64,000 nt of DNA, taken from the NCBI GenBank assembly GCA_041687695.1, contig JAWLBL010000025.1, positions 32,001 through 96,000 on the forward strand, in the 5' to 3' direction. The notes beneath the pieces were generated by a model. It searched no databases. It was not told the origin of the DNA and worked only from the letters and a program-made list of their open reading frames with translations. Positions 49,989-59,800 of the stretch are shown here, one piece after another. Position 1 is the stretch's first letter, and the number at the start of each line of letters is the position of its first letter. The DNA is from Myxococcota bacterium (lineage in GTDB: Bacteria; Myxococcota_A; UBA9042; PHBI01; JAWLBL01). The position numbers and the translations under genes are program-made.

Positions 49989-51803
49989 GTGGATCGCCTG
50001 AAACGCTTCTGGCACGACTACGCGCGACGCTACACGGGCTGGTACCTGCTGGGGTTCCTGTTCCTGCTCGCCACCAACGTGCTGACCGTCGCCATCCCCG
50101 GCTTCGTCCAGGAGGCCGTCGACGCGCTCGACGCCGGCCGCGGCGCCGACCCGGCCGCCGCCTGGTCGCTGGCCATCGTGGCCGCGGGCGCCGGCATCAT
50201 CGTCGTCCGCACCCTCAGCCGCACCCTGTTCTTCAACCCCGGCCGCACCATCGAGTTCCGCCTCAAGGGCCGCATGTTCGACCACCTGCTCGACATGCCG
50301 CGCGCCTTCTTCGACCGCATGCGCCCCGGCGAGATCATCAGCCGCGGCACGAACGACGTGAACTCGGTCCGCGCCCTGGTCGGCTTCGCCTCGCTGCAGC
50401 TGTTCAACGTCGCCTTCACCCTGGTGCTGACCCTGGGGAAGATGGCCATCGCCAACGCGGCCCTGACCTTCTGGTGCGTCCTGCCCCTCATCGCCGCCGC
50501 CCTGGTCATGCGCGTCGCCGTCCGCGCCATGTTCAAGCTGGTCGCCGCCACGCAGCAGCAGGTCGCGACCCTCAGCGAGCGCATCCTCGAGAGCTACAGC
50601 GGCGTCGGCGTGCTGCAGGCCTTCGGCGCCGAAGCCGGCGCCAAGGCCCGCTTCGACCAGGCCAACGACGAGCTGCTGCGCCTGGGCGTCGATCTCGGCA
50701 AGGTCAGCGCCTGGCTGCTGCCCATCGTCTCGGTGGTCGGCAACGTGTGCATCGTCATCCTGCTCTACGTCGGCGGCGGCATGGTCGTCCGCGAGCAGCT
50801 CACCGTCGGCGAGCTGGCCGCCTTCGCGGTCTACATCAACATCCTGGTCAGCGGCCTGACCAGCCTCGGCTGGCTGGTCAACTCGGCCCAGCGCGGCTGG
50901 ATCTCGCTCGGCCGCGTCTTCGAGGTCGTCGAGACCCCCTCGAACCGCCCGCCGGCCGTGGCCACGGTCCCGCCGCCGGAAGATGGGGGCGGCCACGCGC
51001 TGACCGTCGAGGGCCTGACCTTCGACTACGCCGACGTGAACCCCGCGACCGCCGAGGCCGAGCGTCGCGCCGAGCCCGCCCTGCGCGACGTGACGTTCCA
51101 GGTCGCCCCGGGCGAGCGCCTGGGCCTGTTCGGTCTGACCGGCGCCGGCAAGTCGACCCTGCTCAACGTCCTGGCCCGCGTGTACGACCCGCCCCCGGGC
51201 ACCGTGCGCCTGGGTGGCGTCGACGTCCGCGACGTGCCCACGGCCGACTACTGGCGCGAGGTCGCGCTGGTCCCGCAGGACGCCTTCCTCTTCAGCCTCA
51301 GCCTGCGCGAGAACATCGGCCTGTCGGCCCCGCTCGGCGGCATCGACGACGCGCGCGTCGCCGCGGCGGCCGAGGACGCCGCCCTGACCGACGACCTCGC
51401 GGCGCTGCCCGAGGGGCTCGAGACCCGCGTCGGCGAGCGCGGCATCATGCTCTCGGGCGGCCAGCGCCAGCGCACCGCCCTGGCCCGCGCCTTCTACCGC
51501 GACGCCCGCGTCCTGCTGCTCGACGACGTCATGAGCGCCGTCGACCACGCCACCGAGAAGCGCCTCATCGACGCGGTCTACCGCCGGGCCGCCGGCGCCA
51601 CGCTGGTCATCGTCTCGCACCGGGTCAGCGTCCTCGCCCGCGCCGACCGCATCCTCGTGCTCGAGGACGGCCGCGTGGTCGACGAGGGCACCCACGACGA
51701 GCTGGTCCGCCGCGACGGCCCCTACGCGCGCGCCTGGACGCTGCAGCAGGCGCGCGAGGCCATCGAGGACGACGCCCAGACCCGCGAGGTGGCCGGTGCC
51801 TGA
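49989..51803 (+). CDS. ABC exporter half (TMD+NBD), degenerate-site subunit (MdlA/YheI-like)
   Basis: TM domain; GLTGAGKST, LSGGQRQR, LLLDD (Asp in place of the catalytic Glu), SHR. Confidence 0.92.
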   Translation: MDRLKRFWHDYARRYTGWYLLGFLFLLATNVLTVAIPGFVQEAVDALDAGRGADPAAAWSLAIVAAGAGIIVVRTLSRTLFFNPGRTIEFRLKGRMFDHLLDMPRAFFDRMRPGEIISRGTNDVNSVRALVGFASLQLFNVAFTLVLTLGKMAIANAALTFWCVLPLIAAALVMRVAVRAMFKLVAATQQQVATLSERILESYSGVGVLQAFGAEAGAKARFDQANDELLRLGVDLGKVSAWLLPIVSVVGNVCIVILLYVGGGMVVREQLTVGELAAFAVYINILVSGLTSLGWLVNSAQRGWISLGRVFEVVETPSNRPPAVATVPPPEDGGGHALTVEGLTFDYADVNPATAEAERRAEPALRDVTFQVAPGERLGLFGLTGAGKSTLLNVLARVYDPPPGTVRLGGVDVRDVPTADYWREVALVPQDAFLFSLSLRENIGLSAPLGGIDDARVAAAAEDAALTDDLAALPEGLETRVGERGIMLSGGQRQRTALARAFYRDARVLLLDDVMSAVDHATEKRLIDAVYRRAAGATLVIVSHRVSVLARADRILVLEDGRVVDEGTHDELVRRDGPYARAWTLQQAREAIEDDAQTREVAGA

Positions 51804-53577
51804 CGCGACCCCCGACACGGCCGCCCAGGCCCCGCGGAAGGCGCGCAGCCTGGCCGTCATGGACCCGCGCTTCGCGCCCTTCATCCGGCCCTACTACCGC
51901 ACCCTCGCCGGCGTGCTGGTCCTGACCGTCCTCGGCGTCCTCGCCGGCCTCCTGCAGCCCCTCCTGCTCAAGCAGGGCATCGACGAGCACGTCGCCACGG
52001 GCGATCTCCAGGGCCTCGCCGGCATCGCCGGGCTGTTCCTGGGCGTGGTCGCCGTCGGCTTCACGGCGCGCTCGCTGGGGCTGTACCTGCTGCTCAAGGT
52101 GGGCCTCGAGGCCCTCGCCGCCCTGCGCCGCGCCATCTTCGACCACGTCCTCGGCCAGGGGCAGCGCTTCTTCGACCGCCGCACCACCGGCTCGCTGATG
52201 ACGCGCACCACCAGCGACGTCGAGGCCGTCTACGAGAGCCTCATCATGGGCGCGGTCAACCTGCTGACCGACGCCCTGACCATCGTCGGCATCGTCGTCG
52301 CGATGCTCATCCTCGACTGGCGCCTGACCCTCATCGCCTTCGCCGTCTCGCCGGTCATCGTCATCGTCGTCGAGGTGTTCCGCCGCAAGCTCCGCGCGCT
52401 GTCGTTGGTCATCCGCACCAGCCTGAGCCACCTCAACGGCTTCTTCGCCGAGCAGATCAACGGCATGAGCCTCGTGCAGCTCTACGGCGCCGAGGCCCGC
52501 TCGCGCCGCCACTTCCGCGCGCTCAGCTACGAGTACCTCGACGCCTACCGCCGCTCGAACTGGTGGGACGCCGGCCTGTACGCGATCATGGACGGGATGA
52601 GCGCCCTCGCCATCGGGCTCATGCTCTGGTACGGCGCGCGTTCGTTCGTCGAGCCGGGCTCGGCGGTCACGCTGGGGCTGCTGGTCGCCTTCATCGACTA
52701 CCTGAGCCGCGTCTTCGTGCCCATCCGCGAGTTCTCGGGGCGCCTAGCGACCGTGCAGCGCGCCGCCGCGGCCCTGGACCGCATCGGCGACCTCCTCGAG
52801 ACCGACCAGCGCGTACAGCCGGGCACCGTCGCCATGCCCGCCATCCGCGGCGACGTCGCCTTCGACCGCGTCAGCTTCGCCTACGCCGCCGACCGCCCGC
52901 AGGTCCTGCGCGACGTCAGCTTCGAGATGCGGCCGGGCGAGGTCGTCGCCCTGGTCGGCGCCACCGGGTCGGGCAAGACCACCATCGGCAAGCTGCTGAT
53001 GCGCATGTACGACGGCTACCAGGGCCACATCCGGGTCGACGGGCGCGAGCTCCGCGACGTCCAGCTCGAGGACGTCCGCCGGCAGGTCACCGTCGTGCAC
53101 CAGGACGTGTATCTGTTCCACGGCACCGTCGCCGAGAACATCGGCCTGTGGCAGGACGGCCTGGACCGCGCGCGCGTCGAGGCGGCCGCGCGCCTGGCCC
53201 GCGCCAGCGACTTCATCGACAAGCTGCCGGGCGGCTACGACCACGTCGTCAGCGAGCGCGGCGGCAACCTGTCGTCGGGGCAACGGCAGCTGCTGGCCAT
53301 CGCCCGCGCCATGGCGCGCGACGCCCCCATCGTCATCCTCGACGAGGCCACCAGCAGCGTCGACGCCATGACCGAGCGCCTCATCGACGACGCCATCGCG
53401 GAGCTGCTCGCGCGCAAGACGGTGCTGGTCATCGCCCACCGCCTGTCGACCATCAAGAAGGCCGACCGCATCCTGGTCCTGCACCACGGGCAGGTGGTCG
53501 AGCAGGGCACCCACGACGAGCTGATGGCGCGCGGCGGGCGCTACCAGCTGCTGGTCGAGACGGGGTTCGCGCTGTGA
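51796..53577 (+). CDS. ABC exporter half (TMD+NBD), consensus-site subunit (MdlB/YheH-like)
   Basis: GATGSGKTT, LSSGQRQ, ILDEATS, AHRLST; 8-bp overlap with its partner. Confidence 0.92.
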   Translation: MPDATPDTAAQAPRKARSLAVMDPRFAPFIRPYYRTLAGVLVLTVLGVLAGLLQPLLLKQGIDEHVATGDLQGLAGIAGLFLGVVAVGFTARSLGLYLLLKVGLEALAALRRAIFDHVLGQGQRFFDRRTTGSLMTRTTSDVEAVYESLIMGAVNLLTDALTIVGIVVAMLILDWRLTLIAFAVSPVIVIVVEVFRRKLRALSLVIRTSLSHLNGFFAEQINGMSLVQLYGAEARSRRHFRALSYEYLDAYRRSNWWDAGLYAIMDGMSALAIGLMLWYGARSFVEPGSAVTLGLLVAFIDYLSRVFVPIREFSGRLATVQRAAAALDRIGDLLETDQRVQPGTVAMPAIRGDVAFDRVSFAYAADRPQVLRDVSFEMRPGEVVALVGATGSGKTTIGKLLMRMYDGYQGHIRVDGRELRDVQLEDVRRQVTVVHQDVYLFHGTVAENIGLWQDGLDRARVEAAARLARASDFIDKLPGGYDHVVSERGGNLSSGQRQLLAIARAMARDAPIVILDEATSSVDAMTERLIDDAIAELLARKTVLVIAHRLSTIKKADRILVLHHGQVVEQGTHDELMARGGRYQLLVETGFAL

Positions 53578-55274
53578 GCGAGGGGCTGAACACGGCGGCC
53601 TGGGCCCTGGACCTGGGCACGTCGAACACGGCCCTGGCGCGCTGGGACGTCGAGGGGCGTCGCCCGCGCCTGGTCGAGCTGCCCGCCATCTGCCGCGCTC
53701 CCGAGGCCGACGACCCGCTGCAGGCGCCGCGCGTCGTCCCCTCGGCCACCCACGCCGTCCCCGACCCCAGCTTCTGGACGCGCCTGACGCGCGCGCGGCC
53801 GTTCCGCGGGCGCCCGTGGGGGCGCGAGGCCTGGATCGGCCGCGACGCCCTGGAGCGCAACGCCGCCGCGCCCAGCCCGGCCTTCGCCTTGGGCTTCAAG
53901 TCGGCGCTGTCGACCTCGCCGCTGCGGACCCTGGCCAGGCAGGGCGGCAGGCCGCTGGCCGCCCGCGAGGTGGCGCGCCTGTTCCTGCGCGAGCTGCTGG
54001 CCGAGGCGCAGCGGGTCACGGGCGAGCGGCCGCGGGACATCGCCGTCACGGCGCCCATCGAGTCGTTCGAGGGCTACCGCAACGAGGTGGCGACCCTCCT
54101 GCGCGGCCTGGGCGTGCAGCGCGTCCGCTTTTGCGACGAGCCGGTGGCCGCGGCGCTCGGTTACGGGCTGACGGCGCGCTCGAACCGGCACGTGCTGGTG
54201 GTCGACATGGGCGGCGGCACGATGCACGTCGCGCTGGTCGCCCTGACGGCGCGCGGGCTGCACGAGGGCGCGTGCGACGTGGTGGCCAAGGCGGGCCGCT
54301 TCATCGGCGGCGACCGGGTCGACGAGTGGCTGCTGACCGAGTTCTGCCGGCGGCTGGACTATCCGCTCGAGCGGTTCGGCGCGGGCGACGAGCTGGACTT
54401 CTGGCGCCGCATGGTGCTGGGCGAGGCGCGGCGCGTGAAGGAGGCCGTGTACTTCAGCGGGACCGAGCGCTTCTTCCTGCAGCCTCCCGAAGACCTGCGC
54501 CGGTTCGAGGCGCGCCTGCGGGGCGACGCGCCCGAGCTCGAGGTCGACCGGGCGCTGCTGGCCGAGATCCTGACCGCCAACGGCCTGTACGCCGCGCTGG
54601 AGCAGTGCCTGGACGAGGTCGCCGCCGGGGCGGCGACGCGCGGGCTGACCCTGGACGACGTCGAGGACGTCCTGATGGTCGGTGGGTCGACCCTGCTCCC
54701 GGGCGTCTATCCCCTGTTCGAGGAGCGCTTCGGCCGCGGCCGCGTCCGCGCCTGGCAGCCCTTCGAGGCCGTCGCCTGGGGGGCCGCCGCCTTCGCCGCC
54801 GACGCCTGGTCGCAGTCGGACTACATCGTCCACGACTACGCCTTCGTGACCTACGACGCCACGACGCACGCCCCGCAGTACACCGTCGTCGTGCCGCGCG
54901 GCACCCGCGTCCCCAGCGCGCCCGACCTGTGGAAGCGCAAGCTGGTGCCGACCTGCTCGCTGGGCGTGCCCGAGAGCACCTTCAAGCTGGTGGTCTGCGA
55001 GATCGGCCGCGCCGACCAGGGCCGCGGCCTCGGCTTCGACGCCGCGGGGCAGCTGGTCAAGCTGGGTGAGCGGGGCGAGGCGCTGGTCATCCCGCTCAAC
55101 GAGGCCAACCCGACGCTGGGCGAGCTGCGGCCCCCGCACGAGCCCGGCGACCGCGTCCCGCGCCTCGAGATCGCCTTCGGCGTCAACGCCGAGCGGTGGC
55201 TGTGCGCCTCCGTGCGCGATCTCCGCAGCGGCAAGTGGCTGATGGACGGCCAGGCCGTGGTCCGGCTGCTCTGA
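53574..55274 (+). CDS. Atypical Hsp70-family ATPase
   Basis: DLGTSNT, DEPVAAALGY, VDMGGGT, GGDRVD, VGGST; short non-canonical C-terminal domain; GTGA overlap with the ABC gene. Confidence 0.85.
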   Translation: MSEGLNTAAWALDLGTSNTALARWDVEGRRPRLVELPAICRAPEADDPLQAPRVVPSATHAVPDPSFWTRLTRARPFRGRPWGREAWIGRDALERNAAAPSPAFALGFKSALSTSPLRTLARQGGRPLAAREVARLFLRELLAEAQRVTGERPRDIAVTAPIESFEGYRNEVATLLRGLGVQRVRFCDEPVAAALGYGLTARSNRHVLVVDMGGGTMHVALVALTARGLHEGACDVVAKAGRFIGGDRVDEWLLTEFCRRLDYPLERFGAGDELDFWRRMVLGEARRVKEAVYFSGTERFFLQPPEDLRRFEARLRGDAPELEVDRALLAEILTANGLYAALEQCLDEVAAGAATRGLTLDDVEDVLMVGGSTLLPGVYPLFEERFGRGRVRAWQPFEAVAWGAAAFAADAWSQSDYIVHDYAFVTYDATTHAPQYTVVVPRGTRVPSAPDLWKRKLVPTCSLGVPESTFKLVVCEIGRADQGRGLGFDAAGQLVKLGERGEALVIPLNEANPTLGELRPPHEPGDRVPRLEIAFGVNAERWLCASVRDLRSGKWLMDGQAVVRLL

Positions 55275-55335
55275 CGGTCCCTCTGACGGTCACGGCCGCT
55301 GGGCAGGCGCGCCCGGCGTGCTAGGCTGCCGCCCC

Positions 55336-56847
55336 ATGAACGCACGCGACACGCAGATCCTCGTCATCGGCGCCGGCTTCGGCGGGCTGGGGCTGGCCAT
55401 CCGCTTGAAGCGGGCCGGCCTCGACGACTTCCTGGTCCTCGACAAGGAGGACGGCGTCGGCGGGACCTGGCGCGTCAACACCTACCCGGGCGCGGCCTGC
55501 GACGTCGAGTCGCACCTGTACTCGTTCTCGTTCGAGCCGAACCCCGCGTGGTCGCGCAAGTTCGCGCCCCAGGCCGAGATCCTGGCCTACCTCGAGCGCT
55601 GCGCCGACAAGTACGGCGTGCGGCCCCACCTGCAGCTCGAGGTAGAGGTCACGGGCGCCGTCTGGGACGAGGGCGAGCAGCGCTGGACCGTCTCGACCGC
55701 CGACGGCCGGCGCTATCGCGCGCCCGTCCTGGTCTCGGCCGCCGGCGGGCTCAGCCGCCCCTGCTGGCCGGACCTCCCGGGTCTGTCGGACTTCCAGGGC
55801 GACCTCTTCCACTCGGCCCGCTGGAATTCCGACGCGCAGCTCGACGGCCGGCGCGTCGCGGTGGTCGGCACCGGCGCCAGCGCCATCCAGATCGTCCCCG
55901 AGCTGGTCGGCCGCGTCGCCCACCTGGACCTGTACCAGCGCACGCCGCCCTGGATCATGCCCAAGCCCGACCGGGCCATCGCGCCGCTGACCCAGGCCGC
56001 CTTCCGCCGCCTGCCCGCGCTGCAATACGCCGCGCGCCTGGCCCAGTACGTCACCCTCGAGTCGCGCGCGGTCGCCTTCGTGCTGGCCCCGCAGCTCCTG
56101 GCCCTGGCCTCCCTCGCCGCGCGCCGCCACCTGGCGCGCAGCGTCCCCGACCCGGCCCTGCGCGCGAAGCTGACCCCCGACTACACGATGGGCTGCAAGC
56201 GCGTCCTCATCTCGAACGACTACTACGCCGCCGTGCAGCACCCCTCGGTCGCGCTGGTCACAGACGGCATCGAGCGCGTCACCGCCGACGCGGTCGTCAG
56301 CCGCGACGGGCAGTCCCGCCCCACCGACGCGCTGATCCTGTGCACCGGCTTCAAGGCGGCCGAGGACGCCGCCCCGTTCCCCGTCATCGGCCGCGGCGGG
56401 CGCGCGCTGGCCGCCGAGTGGCACGAGGGCGCCGAAGCCTACCTGGGGACGACGGTCGCCGGGTTCCCGAACCTGTTCCTGCTGGTCGGCCCCAACACGG
56501 GCCTCGGCCACAACTCGATGGTCTACATGATCGAGTCGCAGGTGGCGTACGTGATGGACGCGCTGGCCACCATGCGCCGCGAGGGCCTGTCGGCCCTCGA
56601 GGTCCGCCGCGACGTGCAGGACCGCTACAACGCGCGCGTGCAGCGCCGCATGGCGCGCACCGTGTGGGCCAGCGGCTGCAAGAGCTGGTACCAGACCGCG
56701 TCGGGCCGCAACACGACCCTGTGGCCCGGCTTCACCTTCGAGTTCCGCGCCCGCACGCGCCGCTTCGACCCGGCGGCCTACCTGACCACGGCGCGCCCGG
56801 CCGTCCGTCCTGTCTCAGCGCGCCAGGCGACCGCCGCCGCGCGGTGA
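55336..56847 (+). CDS. Baeyer-Villiger type flavin monooxygenase
   Basis: GAGFGG, GGTW..NTYPG..CD, FQGDLFHSARW (FxGxxxHxxxW), GTGASAIQ, CTGF. Confidence 0.93.
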   Translation: MNARDTQILVIGAGFGGLGLAIRLKRAGLDDFLVLDKEDGVGGTWRVNTYPGAACDVESHLYSFSFEPNPAWSRKFAPQAEILAYLERCADKYGVRPHLQLEVEVTGAVWDEGEQRWTVSTADGRRYRAPVLVSAAGGLSRPCWPDLPGLSDFQGDLFHSARWNSDAQLDGRRVAVVGTGASAIQIVPELVGRVAHLDLYQRTPPWIMPKPDRAIAPLTQAAFRRLPALQYAARLAQYVTLESRAVAFVLAPQLLALASLAARRHLARSVPDPALRAKLTPDYTMGCKRVLISNDYYAAVQHPSVALVTDGIERVTADAVVSRDGQSRPTDALILCTGFKAAEDAAPFPVIGRGGRALAAEWHEGAEAYLGTTVAGFPNLFLLVGPNTGLGHNSMVYMIESQVAYVMDALATMRREGLSALEVRRDVQDRYNARVQRRMARTVWASGCKSWYQTASGRNTTLWPGFTFEFRARTRRFDPAAYLTTARPAVRPVSARQATAAAR

Positions 56848-56873
56848 TCCAAGGGCGCGGCTGGGCGCCCGGG

Positions 56874-59800
56874 TCACGGCGCAGGCTTTCGGGCCTCGAG
56901 CTGCGCGAGCCGGCGGATGTGCCCGATCTGCTCGTAGAGTGACACGGCCTGCTCCCACAGGGCCGGGGCGGTGTCGTCGCCGCGGCGGGCGCGCACGTCT
57001 GCGAGGGCGGCGGCGGCCTGGGCCAGCAGCAGGCCGCTGCCGTCGCGGCCCGCCAGCAGGCGGTGGGCTTGGGTGAGGCGCGCGTCGGCCACCTCGAGGA
57101 GATCGGCGGCGGCGGCGGCCTCGCCGGTGATGACCAGGGCGAAGGTGCGATCGTGGGTCAGCGGCAGCTCGTCGCTGGCGTCGAGGGCGCGCTCGCCCCA
57201 CTCGAGCGCGGCGTCGTGCTGGCCGCGCAGCGACGCGATCTCGGTCAGGGCCAGCAGGGACCGGGCGGTGCCGCGCTGATCGCCGATGGTGCCCGACAGC
57301 GCGAGGGTCTGGTGGGCCAGCACCTCGGCCTCGTCGAAGCGGCTCGCGGCGGCGAGGGCGCGCGCGCGCAGCCGCAGGGCGAGGTTCCGGCACCGCGCGA
57401 GGCCCACGCGCTCGTACCGCTCGAGCGCGTCGTCGCAGGCCAGGGCCGCCCGCTCGTCGATGCCCAGGGCGAGCAGAGCCGCGCCCTCGACCACCCTGGC
57501 GCGGGCGCGGCTGAGGTCGTCGATCGGCGCCGGGGCTCCCTCGAGCAGCTTCAACGCGCCGCGAGGCGAGCCGGCGTGCAGGACCGTGTTCGCCAGGTGC
57601 GCCAGCGCCTCCCACGCCAGCTCCGGCAGGTCGTGTTCGGCGCCGACCAGGCGGGCCTGCTCGAAGCACTGGCTGGCCCGCGCGGTCTCGCCGCAGCGCC
57701 ACAGCACGCGGCCCAGCTTGACCGCCACCCGCGCCGCCTGCGCCTGGTCGGCGCCGTCCATCCAGGCGTTGAGGGCCTCCTCGAACAGGTGCACGGCCCC
57801 CCGGTCGTCGGCGCCGGCCTCGCGGAGGTCCCCCATCAGCTCGAGCCGCGGGGCCTCGTCGGGCAGCCGCTCGACCCAGGGCGCAGCCACGACGTGGCGC
57901 CCGCCCGCGATGAGCATCGTCGCCAGCCCGCGCCAGATCGTCGCCGCCGTCATGGGCGTGTCCTCGGCGTCGACCAGGGTCGCCGCGCGCTGCCAGGCGG
58001 CGAGCGCCTCGCCGAAGACCTTCCGGCGCTCGGCGTCGCGCGCCGCCTCGACGAACTGGTAGACCGCCTGGCCGCGCTCGCCGGCCTCGGCCAGGTGCGC
58101 GCCGATGAGCGGGCCCCAGCGCCCGCGGTGGTCGCGATAGATGGCCGCCAGGCTCTGGGCGGCCAGCGAGAAGAGCCTGCGCCGATCGGGGCCCTCGGGG
58201 ATGGCCGCCAGCAGCGCCTCGCGCCAGGCCTCGTTGCGCAAGTGCAGAAAGCGCGCCCCGCCGGTCCGTTGGTCGTCGCGGATCCAGCCGGTCGTCACGA
58301 GGAGCGCGAGGTCGAGATCGAGCGGCTCCACCGCGTCGGGCCGCCCCTCGCGCCGCAGCAACGTGCGCAGCAGCCGATGCGGGACCCGCGGCCCCAGCAG
58401 CGCCAGGCGCAGCAGGATGCCGTGGGCGCTCTCGCCGCCGGGCTCGATGGCGCGCAGGCTGGCCAGCCGGCGGCCCAGGATCTCTCGCTCGAAGGGTGGC
58501 AGGATCTGCGCGCGCAGCGTCCATCCGGTGGGCGTCTCGACGATGTCGCCGCGGGACACGCGCTCGCGCAGCAGCTCGAGCGCGCGCAGCGGGCTGCCCG
58601 CCGCCGACTGCACGACGTGCTCGACCAGCGGCGCGTCGGCCCCGGGCAGGGCGCTGAGGACCAGGAGCCGCATGTCCGTGTCCTGGAGCGCCAGCAGCCC
58701 CAGGGCGCGGAAGCCTTCGCCGAGGAGCCGCTGGGCCTCGACGAGCGCCGGGTCGGTGGAAGCCGGCCCCGGCTGGCGCTGCAGCACGAGCACGAGCAGC
58801 GCCGGCTTGCCCAGGGTCGCCAGCTGACGCGCCAACGCCCCCAGCAGCTCGGGCGGCAAGGGCCGCTCGCCGTCCACGTCGTCCGCGATGAGCACCGGCG
58901 GGCCCCGGTTGGCCGCGGTCGCGATGGCCCGCGCGGCGGCCTGCAGGCGCCCCGGGCTCGCGTCGGGGCCCCCCGCGGCAGCGCCCAACCCCAGCGCGGC
59001 CGCCAGCTCGACCAGCTCGGGCGCCTCGCGCACGTCCAGCACCCGCATCCCACGCTGCCGCGCCTCGCCCTTGACGAAGTCGGCCAGGCGCGACTTGCCC
59101 AGCCCGCGCTCGCCCTCGATCCAGAGCAGGCGCCCGGACTCGAGGTTCAGCGCGTCGTCCAACATCCGAATGGCCGCGGCCTTCTGCGGCGCCCGCCCCG
59201 TGAACCCGGGGGGCGCCAGCTCGGGGCCGGTCCGCGTCGTCGTCGCCGCCCTGGGCGGCGCAGCGCGCAGCTGCTGCTCGAGGGCGCGCAGGCGCTCGGC
59301 GACCTCGGCCGCGTCGCCGGGGCGATCGGTGGGGTTCTTGGCGAGCAGGCTCAGGCACAGGGCGTCGACCGAAGCGGGCAGACCGGGCTCGAGGCGGCGT
59401 GCGCTGGGCGGCTCGGGCGGGTGGTCGAGGTGGCCCCGCACGACCTGGGCCGCGGGCTCGGTGCCGAAGGGTGGGGCGCCGGTCAGGGCTTCGTACAGCA
59501 CGGCCCCCAGGGCATACAGATCGGCGGCGGACCCCAGGCGGCGGCCGCGCAGCTGCTCGGGGCTGGCCCAGGGGGCGCCGCCGCGGGTGCGATCGCGCTG
59601 CGGGTCGGCGTCGAGGGCCAGCGCGAAGCCGATGAGACGCACGCGGGCGGGATCGAACTCGGCGCCAGGGGCCAGGATGTTGGTGGGCCGCAGCTCGCCG
59701 TGGACCAGGCCGGCGCGGTGGATGTCGGCCAGCGCGTCGGCCAGGTGGGCGGCGATGGCCAGGGCGTCGGCGGCGCGCAGGCCCTCGGCCCGCAGGTGGT

